Assembly: GCF_006345805.1 (NCBI RefSeq)
Contig: NC_043007.1
Location: 69,812,001-69,876,000, forward strand
Direction of reading: 5' to 3'
DNA length: 64,000 bases
DNA from: Octopus sinensis
Taxonomy: Eukaryota
Shown: positions 54,961 to 64,000 of the stretch, piece after piece
Position numbering within the stretch: position 1 is the first letter of the stretch
How the letters are laid out: every line of letters starts with the position of its first letter
The notes under the pieces: model-generated
Seen by the model: only the letters and a program-made list of their open reading frames with translations
The model's database searches: none
Told to the model about the DNA's origin: nothing
Program-made: the position numbers and the translations under genes

Positions 54961-55025
54961 CATCAGCCACCCACACCTACACTCATACAGCTGGGTTGTG
55001 TGTGTGTGTGCGTGCGTGCATGCAT

Positions 55026-55059
<34 letters not shown>

Positions 55060-55574
55060 AGGGATGCTGAAAAATTCTTGGCTTTGGGTAAAAGAAAATA
55101 CAGCAAGAGCAGTTTATGATTTTATTCAACATATTCTTCTCTCAGATTCACACACTTATTGCTGCAGTCCTTCAATTTTTCTAAGCCTTGTAAAAGAACT
55201 TAGAAGGATGGGCCTCCAACTAGGCCTTTTGTGATGCCCTTAAAAGCCAGAACTTTTCAGCATCTCCACACACACACACACATACAACCTTGCCACAGAT
55301 CTAAAGTCACTTAAGTCCCTTTCCAAGACAACCCAAACTGAAAGGCACCACCAGCTTCCTGTCGAGTCCTGAAATTCAATTTCACTTTTAATAATCCCAT
55401 GCAATCTATCTCAACCAATAGCAGTCAAGTTTACAGTAGCCATCTTGAACTTCCTGCACCTCTCCACTCAGCTGCCAAAGTCAGACGAGCTAAGTTTCAG
55501 TAACAACCCTATAAACTTAAGTTGCATGGGGCAGAATCAAACCGTTTTAAATAATATTTAGATATGTATATCTT

Positions 55575-57000
55575 TTATCTTTCAGGGACCAGCCATCTGA
55601 GTTGACAGAAGTATGGTAGATAAAGCAATCAAGAATTACTTCATCAATCATACATAAAAGACCGAGAAATCCTCTGGCCCATCAGGAATTACAACCAAAA
55701 TGCTTAAAATATTTGGCAGTGGGATGTGGCCTTGTCACCTGTACAGTTAATCAGGTTGTACTGAAAGGGTACGCTACCCAAGAACTGGTATCACAGCATT
55801 ATAGTCAACAGCTACAAAGGTAAAGCAGATATCTTAGAAGTAATTACAGAAGCATCAAATTGCTGGACCAGGTGAAAGTTACTGAAAGAATTATAGCTCA
55901 ATTAAATTGGAAGAGAATTAACCTCAATGAGATGAAGTTTGGTTTTGTGCCAGAGAAAAGTACTACTACTGCTGCTGTTCTCTTTCTAGTAAGGCAAATA
56001 CAGAAATATTTAGCCAAAAATAATAAACTGTTGTACTTGGCATTCATCAACCTAGACAAAGCCTTCAACGGGATCACTCACTCCCTGATTTAGTGATCAC
56101 TGCAGAAGCTAGGAATAGACAAATGGCTGGAGTGAGCCATTCAGCCATGAACAGAATACCATCAATAAGGTGAGAATTAATAACAAGACCAGCAATGAAT
56201 TCAATATTGTCCCCCATGCTATAACAGAGGAGTTTCAGGTTGATTGCCTATTGAAACTACTCAATGATGAAGACTTTGTTCCTAAACCTGAATTTGTGGT
56301 ATAACCAGGAAAGAAATTCCAAGCATGGAAACAAAACCTGGAATCAAAGGCCTTATAGTTAACTCAGCAAAGACCGAAGTTCTTGTAAGCAGGAAAATTG
56401 ACAGGCTGCTACTCCCTTCAAGAAAATGGCCTTGTTCAATATGTATAGAAGTCAGCGGTGGAAATTCCATATAATGTACCCAGTATAAGCTTTGGGCACA
56501 CAAGAGGTGCAATTGAATCACAGGAAGTTTATCAGAGAACAGACTTTGTAGCAGATGCATAGGTGCAATATCAAGAACACATGGGAAACAGAGTTCTATT
56601 TTAATGCCTAAAAGTATCTTGGTAATAGAAACTATCTACAGATAGTTTTGGTTACCAAGGTAACCTAATTAGCAGTGAAGGATGTTCTCAACATATAATT
56701 ACTTAGAATAAGAACCAGCTGGAGAAAGTTCAGGGAGCTGTTACCTCTGTTGGTAATAAAAGTGTTCTCTCTTGGAGTGAAAGACCGATTGTACGAGTGT
56801 AAGAACAGCAATGCTACATGTTAGTGAGACATGGGCCATGAATACAGAAGTTTAGACAGAAGCTAGCATGCTCCATTAGATGTGCAAAATTAGTGTGCAT
56901 GTATGACAATGTGTAAATGTGTTGAGAGAAAAACTGGGCATAAGAGGTATCAGATGTGGTGTGCAAGAGACAGCTGTGCTGGTATGGCCATGTGATGTAT
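55575..57000 (+). mobile_element. RTE-clade LINE fragment (RT N-terminal motifs through C-terminus, decayed)
   Basis: ORF 55860-56093 LNEMKFGFVPEKSTT...LYLAFINLDKAFNG matches RT motifs (QFGF..GKST; F.D..KAFD). Downstream RTE-like frames follow. Confidence 0.85.
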
Positions 57001-57292
57001 ATTGTGTAGACAGACCCCGTGATGGAGGAAATGACAAAGGACTGAGATGTTTGACAATTTGCTGTGCTCAAGATCATCCTTCTTGCCAAGATGAAGCTCT
57101 AAAAAGATTGTTTATATGTAATTGTATAGTAAGTATATAAACAGAACAAATTTAGTTGTTCCTCTGTAGACTGAAAAAAAGAACAATCTTAATCAATTTT
57201 CAAATCTTGCTGAGTGTATCAGGTGTCTACATGAATTTTACCAATACCAGAGAATCAGGCAGCCAATCTGTTTACATAGCTACAGAGAATTC

Positions 57293-57550
57293 ATCATCAT
57301 CGTTTAACGTCCGTTTTCCGTGCTAGCACGGGTTGGACAGTTCGACCGGGGTCTGGGAAGCCAGGAGGCTGCACCAGGTTCTAGTCGGATCTGGCAGTGT
57401 TTCTACAGCCGGATGCCCTTCCTAACGCCAACCACTCGGTGAGTGTAGTGGGTGCTTTTTACGTGCCACCAGCAGAGGTGCCAGTCAAGGTGGCGCTGAC
57501 ATCGGCCACATTCGGATGGTGATTTTTACATGCCACCGGCACAGGTATCA
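57293..57550 (-). mobile_element. Family B retroposon, young-looking copy
   Basis: catcatcatcgtttaacgtccgttttccgtgctagcacgggttggac...ggatgcccttcctaacgccaaccac, with many intact CpGs. Confidence 0.88.
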
Positions 57551-58623
57551 CAGAGTACTAATTTGCATACCATAAGTGGTTTATTTATAATCAGGGGTCT
57601 GCCAACAGGGATCTCAGTGCACACATTATGAAAGCATGATATATGTAACCTATGTGGTAGGAATTTAAACAGGGCAAATTTAGCTTTTTCTCCATCGACT
57701 GAAAACTGAGGAACAACCTTAATCACTTTTTTATTTGGCACCTAACTGGGATCTCATCAGATGCATCTACATTAATTTGACTAATCCCAGAGAAAGAAAA
57801 AAAACCAATCTGTTTATGACAACACCACCTCTGCACCTAACCTGTTCCTGTCAAGCCTTCCCTAAATCTCATCCCCGATACCTATCCTACCATTACTTTT
57901 CTAACTACAGCACTATTCATTAAACTGCTCTAATTCTCAGAGCAGAACTGCACATATTTCATCCCCTTTTAAGCTACAAGTATATCTTTCTCCTTGGAAG
58001 AATTGCTTTCTTTTGTCACCAATCACACGGCTTCCATATCAACCTTTCCTACTTTATTTTCCACAACCCTTTCTCATTAGCTACATCACATGACTGCTGT
58101 CTCGTATTCAAACACCTCACATTTTCCAATAGCTGCAATCATTCTCAAAACCCTCTCAAATCTACCATCAGTGACCTCCCATACACCTTTGTTTGGCACT
58201 ATATCAATCATTTTCAAGCTCTAACCGCCATCTCTATCACTGCATCTCCCCCTCTCCCTATTGCTTACTATACTGCTGCTCACCTCCACCCCACTTTTTT
58301 TTCTACTGCTACATCCTCCTCCTTGGTCTACTATTTCCTTCACCTTACCTTAAAACTGAGATTCACCATTGACCACACCTTCTTTTATGTTCACCATTCA
58401 CTGCGTTCTCCTCCAGTCCCTCCCCCTATAATCATCTGTAACTTTCCTTTCGCACTAACAAACTTAAACACCCACCCTTCCCCGGTACTCTGTCCCTATC
58501 TTCTTCACACTTTTATACCTTGAGGGTATGCCCTAACACCTTGTCTCTACCATCTTATTCTCTCTTGCAATAATTACATATTTCCTCCACAGCAAGAGAC
58601 TATCTCCTGCCCCTCTATCATAC

Positions 58624-59099
58624 CAAGCACTAGTGCGAACGATTCTTCTTTATGGCAGCGAGTCATGGCCAATGAGGGTGGAAGATATTAAGTAACAAGA
58701 ATCCTTCGATCACCTCTGTCTACGCCACATCCTTCGTGTCCGATGGCATCACTTTGTCTCCAACAATTTGGTGCGACACCAGTGCAGAATCACCTTCCTC
58801 CGCCAAGTCATCCTAACGAGACGTCTGCGTTGGCTGGGTCATGCCCTCCGTCATCAACCAGGAGAATTCATCTACGCAGCAATTTCCCCAGCTCCCCTTC
58901 AGGGTTGGCGAAAGCGATGTGGTGGACAACGAAAAACCTGGCTGATCTACGGCGTTCGCCGCTGGAATAAGGAGTGGTTGGAGATCACGCAGTCATTAGC
59001 CTCAAATCGCCAGGCCTGGTCGGCGTTTGTGAGAGATGCAGCATTGAGGATGAATGAAGCCAGCTCAACCCACCCCGGGTGAATGCTGTCAAGTCAAGT
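58624..59099 (+). mobile_element. 5'-truncated RTE-clade LINE of a second family, with 9-bp TSD
   Basis: TSD ctatcatac at 58615-58623 and 59100-59108. Frame RRLRWLGHALR...GGQRKTW...LASNRQAW is an RTE C-terminus. Tail tcaagtcaagt. Confidence 0.85.
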
Positions 59100-59404
59100 C
59101 TATCATACTTTAGCCTCTCAACACTTGGTAAAAGTGGAGAAGGAGGTGGTATAAAAACACCTCCTCCTCCTCCACTCGGTAGGAGGGGACTTGTTTTATG
59201 AGTTACTTGGTGACCTCACTCCTGCCAGTTGCCACAAAGAAAACAGCCAATACACACTGTAAAGAAGTTGGCATTAGAAAAAGCATCCAGACTTAGCAAC
59301 CGGACTAAAGCAGGAATTGGTACTTGATGCAGTTATCTGGTACTATCCTGTCAAACCATTCAACCCATGGCAGCATGGAAAAAGGACATTATATGAATGT
59401 ATGT

Positions 59405-59772
59405 ACAGGCATAGCTGCATGGTAAGAAGCTTGTTTCCCAACCACATGGTTCCAGGTTCTGTCCTACTGCATGGCACCTTGGGCAAGTGTCTTCTGCTGT
59501 AGCCTTGAACTGACCAAAGCCTTGTGAGTGGATTTGGTAGATGGAAAATGACAGAAACCTGTTGTATGTGTGTGTGTGTGTGCTTTTCCCCCACGATTGC
59601 TTGACAACCGATGTTGGTTTGTTTACATCCCCCATAACTTAGCAGCCCAGGGAAAAGAGACCAACAGAATAAATACTAGGTTTACAAAGAATAATTCCTG
59701 GGGTCAATTTACCAACTAAAGGCGGTGCTCCAGCATGGCCACAGTCAAATGACTGAAACAAGTAAAAGAATA
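59405..59772 (+). mobile_element. SINE family A
   Basis: aggcatagctgcatggtaagaagc head to gactgaaacaagtaaaagaataaa tail. Confidence 0.85.
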
Positions 59773-59794
59773 AATATACATACACACACAAGCT

Positions 59795-59945
59795 TCCATA
59801 CTGCTTCTGTTGACCAAATTTCACTCAAAGAATCATCTCAACTCTATTGTAAAAGACACTTGCCCAAGGTACTATGTAGTGGAACCAAACCAAGAACATG
59901 GTTACAGAGCAAACTGTTTACCCACACAATCACACCTGTACCTAT
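59795..59945 (-). mobile_element. SINE family A head fragment, inverted relative to the adjacent copy
   Basis: aagacacttgcccaaggtactatgtagtggaaccaaaccaagaacatgg is the reverse complement of the family-A head. Confidence 0.7.
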
Positions 59946-61087
59946 GTTATGGATAAGTATTTTGAACACCTCACAGCTATTATACCATTCTCTAAGATTC
60001 CTTTCAAGTCTAGTTGCATTAGCTTTTCCTTAAATGAAAATAAGGATCTAATATAGTGTATTAAGTTTTGGTAAATCTTTAACAAAGTAGTTGTAGTCAC
60101 AGAATAACACAGTCTTTGATTTCATCTCAATGGTTAAAACTTTACTGTTTCAAACAGAGTACAAATTTAAAAGTAATTATAGCTTGTGGATCTCTATAAA
60201 CTTCAAACTATCTAACAGTTCTTTAAAATAACTTTGGAATTTCCACAGGTACTGTTAATGGAAAGTAGTGTATCAATAAAAGCACCAGAGAAAAGTTGTT
60301 TATTCATTTCTAATACTTTAAGTATAGATTTGTATGTTTGTACATGTTATTGCTTGTGTATAGAGTTTTAAAAGATCTAGGGCTATGAAGAGGCCCAGAA
60401 GTCCTGCTGTAGAGTAGGAGGTACTCTCTTATAACAAGTAGTAGCATACTCTTCAAGAGATAATTAGGGGTAAATAAAAAAAACTGAAAATAATTTTTTT
60501 TATGCCTAAAAGTAATTTCCCATGTTAAAGTAATTTAGAAAAACATATCCGGGAAAAAAATGAAAACACTTATGGGGAAGGGCGAATTATCTGCAGTGGG
60601 GGCGAGGGGTTGAATAATAAAAATTTTGAGCAAAAAAAAAAAAAATTCAGGAAATTAACTAAAGCACCAAAAAAATATTCTTAGGTCTTCTTGTTTCGAT
60701 ATTGTTGTAAAAATCCCCGTATTTTTCCAGGTTACATACCTGCTTTAATGAAATTTCCACACTTCAATATACAATATATTTAAAATTAAGAGGTAACTTG
60801 GGAGTGGGGAATAATTTTTGATTTCTTTCTTGGTGGTGGTGGTGGGGGACAAATTCATAATTTCCGACATGTAAAACCTAAGAATCTAAATAAACTCCTT
60901 CAGAAAAAATACATTTTTCAAGGTGAGGTGCGAATCTACCCCTCTAAAACTCAGAAACTATAAATTTTACAGTAATTTACTAACAGACCATGTCATTTAT
61001 TGCCCAGTTCTGAGTATTAATTGTCTTGACCTGACTGACACCAGGATACTGTGTCCAGTTCACACATTGACAAGCTTCTGACATTAC

Positions 61088-61100
61088 CTTCGGGTTCCAT
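61088..61100 (-). CDS. Candidate first coding exon end (ATG GAA CCC GAA G|gtaatg; MEPE-)
   Basis: Good Kozak context (acgATGG) followed by a GT donor in phase 1, which is compatible with the 1115-1222 exon (MEPEATGEEVEMDL...). Lies at the edge of the CpG-retaining zone. Confidence 0.35.
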
Positions 61101-61335
61101 CGTAAGTGTACATTAAAGCTAGTGATGTTATGCAAATGATTAATTTACACATCATTAAAAATCTATCTTGGTTATTCAAGAGTAACACATATCTTAACCT
61201 TTTATTATTTCGAAAGGATTCTTTTATGAGTAAATATAAAAATGCATGTTCAATACAGAAACCGGTGTGAACAACACACTACACACACTTCGTCTTACGT
61301 GTACAGTACAGGATCAAGACAAAAATATTTTCATT

Positions 61336-61370
<35 letters not shown>

Positions 61371-63349
61371 ACGTGTATATATAACACAGAGTTATGTTTC
61401 AGAGCTTCAAAGTAACAACTGCAAACGGCAGTTTCGGAATCGATGCCCAGTATGGGATGCTGAGTGGGTTGTACGTAGATGAATGATGAACAAGGGTAAA
61501 CAATATTGACAAGACTCCAATTTTATAGGAAAGAAGAAATTAGACTATGTGACGTTTAGGCTTTTTCCCAAAATAGTAAATTGAGAAACAAGTGATGGGT
61601 TACGGCTGACAATAATAATAATAATAATTTAGTGGCAGACGCGACTCACATGTAGTAAACGTGTGGAGTTTATTATGCGCAGTATTTGGCAATTGATGAG
61701 AGTAAAAGAACAAGACATGAGACGAATGTTTATTGAAGTTAAACCAAAGTCATTTAGTTTTAAAGGCCTTCTTTATAATATAGGGGAACAGAAGGGAACT
61801 TAATATTGGAGAGGGTGTGTCAAACACTGAGAAGGGCTTTATCGCTGGAATTAAAAGCTTCGTTCACATATAGTGTGTGTACGTTTCAATTTCTAAAATA
61901 TATTTCTCTTAGAAATACTTTACATCATAAACATCGTTCTAAAATTTAGAAAATAGTTATATATAATTGATCGATAATATGAACGAATAAGAAACCGGTG
62001 CAAACCCTTTCCTGTAAGGTGTGCGTATAATATTTCAAAACAAAATCCACAAGTGGCTAATTACACTTAATAAGCCATAGACAAACCGTAGTAATTCTTA
62101 ATATGGTTTGAACGATGAACAGATAATTAGCGAAGATTGATTATCATTTACGGAAGTATATCTATGAAGAAAAAAAAATACTGAAAGTAATTAGCTTCCT
62201 TGTATCTGAAGAAGATAAAAAAAAGTGAAGATAATGAAAGAAATGGGGCAACGGTAGTTCAAAGTCGATTCGGGGTGGAGATAACAGGACAAAATAACTG
62301 TTACAGACATTAGTGAAAAATATAATTTATTTTGTAGATATATATGTATATGTACAGTATGTTTATATACACACACACTATGCATATACAGTATGTATAC
62401 ATGCTATATAATAGTAGCATGTATATGTATGTACAGTATGAACATATTGACGGCAATGGGCAGAAATTAAATTGTAATTTGCCGGTTATGTTCAACAACA
62501 TAACTGTTACAATAAAGACACTACATTATATTCAGTGGAAGGAGACACCGACTAAAATTAAACTTTAATAAGTTTATGATCGAGGCTTTACGGTGATTAT
62601 TCACCGAAGTGAAAATGCTTGGTTTCATCAAGTTGGTTTCACAATTATTAATCGACAATACATAACAAATAATTACTAACGAAACGTATTTCCCACAAAT
62701 ATTAACAGTAATTTAATACCAGCATGAGAGTTATCAGAAGTTAATATTGAAAGCGGAAAAAAAAGGGTTTATGTTGGCGGCATTACCATTTGGAAGATAT
62801 TAAGAGAATCGTTTTAAAAGATTTCAAGATAATGTAAGTAGGCAGTATGTAAAAGAGATGGATTTGTCTACTAATGAAGAGAGTAGAGAACAATAAAAGA
62901 ATAAATCCCTTTCACTTAAACAATTCAGTTGAACTGTCAATTTTTATAAAGACAGAACAGTCGTCAGACGGTCTGTTTCTTCCATTATCAGAGATGCCAG
63001 GATAGAGTTACAACAGAACATTAAAAAGGTGCCCAGTTGTTTAAAACAAGGAAAGAAATATCTCTAGAGTGAAGTATATTTGGGTAGTAATAATAATAAT
63101 TACTTAATGTCTGTTGAATAAGAATGTCTTCGTTCCCAAGACGTAAAAAATGTCTCAGAATTTCGGTAAGAAGGGAAGGAGTAGATTACGTCTAAAGAAC
63201 TAAGGGTAATATGAAATATAATGAAAAAAATAATTAAAAGATAGTAAAAGATGATGTTGTATAAATGATGAGAAAATTGGCAACCGGACGGGAAAATGAT
63301 GACTCTGAAGAAATATTTCAGAATTAATAAAACAATGTTGTTTACATAC

Positions 63350-63385
63350 CAGCATCACTTGCAGAGAAGCTTTCCTCCATCGCAG
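63350..63385 (-). CDS. Candidate 36-bp exon containing an ATG (MEESFSASDA-), phase 1 end
   Basis: Acceptor ctcttattttag|CTGCGATGG, donor GATGCTG|gtatgt, Kozak-like gcgATGG. Phase-compatible with the 1115-1222 exon. Confidence 0.35.
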
Positions 63386-63611
63386 CTAAAATAAGAGCTT
63401 TTTTTTTTTTTTAAGTAAATCTAGAATATCTTCATCCAGCAGAATTGAGGCAAACTGTGTTTAATAGTAGTAAACTGTGGTTAATATATATTTATGAAGA
63501 TATAAACATCAATAAGTATAGAGGGAGGCCTTGTTAAGAGAACGACGCGAGTCAGCAGCAAGGATTTTTAACCTATCTGCCCAGTTTGTCTAAAACTAAA
63601 GGAAATAAGAA

Positions 63612-63800
63612 CTGCTGCTGATGGTGGTGGTAGTGCGGGAGGGGTGCTGCTGCTGATGGTAGTGGTGACGACGACGGTGCTGCTGATGGTAGTGGTGACG
63701 ACGACGGTGCTGCTGATGGTAGTGGTGACGACGACGGTGCTGGTGGTGGTAGTGACAGTGACGTTGATGATGATAATCGTAGAGGTGGTGGTGGTGGTGT
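63612..63800. repeat. Trinucleotide-derived low-complexity tract with a 30-bp unit x3 (tgctgctgatggtagtggtgacgacgacgg) at ~63648-63737
   Basis: Direct reading. Explains the three overlapping low-complexity ORFs. Confidence 0.9.
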
Positions 63801-64000
63801 TACACACAAGAACAATTGTAATTACACCGAACAACTCCTGCTATTCTTACTCAACCATTTCACATTTTTATACTGTATAAACTGAAAACCGTTTTGTTTC
63901 TACCCTTGGCTTTGGTCAACTGAAAATTAATGAGCAAAACACCCGTAATTAGATCCAAAATAGTTACGTATGCAGGAAGTATACCGTAATAATGACTGGT

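Noticed and set aside
63568-63880. Thr/Val-, Pro/Ser- and His-rich ORFs
   Set aside because: Products of a trinucleotide-derived repeat open in several frames on both strands, with no splice context.

Overview
AT-rich eukaryotic (animal) genomic DNA. The SINE, LINE and microsatellite landscape looks like a cephalopod, probably octopus; this is inferred from repeat style, not from a database match. No long intact ORF, rRNA, true tRNA gene or CRISPR array is present, and almost all ORF-track entries are microsatellite read-throughs or broken transposon frames. The best reading is that most of the window is one very long, repeat-filled intron of an unidentified minus-strand gene. A 108-bp exon sits at 1115-1222, and candidate upstream ATG-bearing exons sit at 61088-61100 and 63350-63385. 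The intron holds several tRNA-derived SINE families, RTE- and CR1-clade LINE fragments, a Penelope-like element with a hammerhead-like motif, piggyBac- and hAT-type MITEs, a non-autonomous Helitron and mini/microsatellites. The most distinctive structures are (1) a complete miniature LTR element at 30379-32482 (two ~1-kb LTRs, tRNA-Trp-like PBS, only 157 bp of internal sequence, 4-bp TSD), (2) a ~300-bp fold-back inverted repeat centred on a retroposon tail at ~13155-13462, (3) a TSD-flanked chimeric SINE and (4) the hammerhead-like core. Repeat boundaries are approximate unless a TSD or terminus is cited. Identity values are by-eye estimates.
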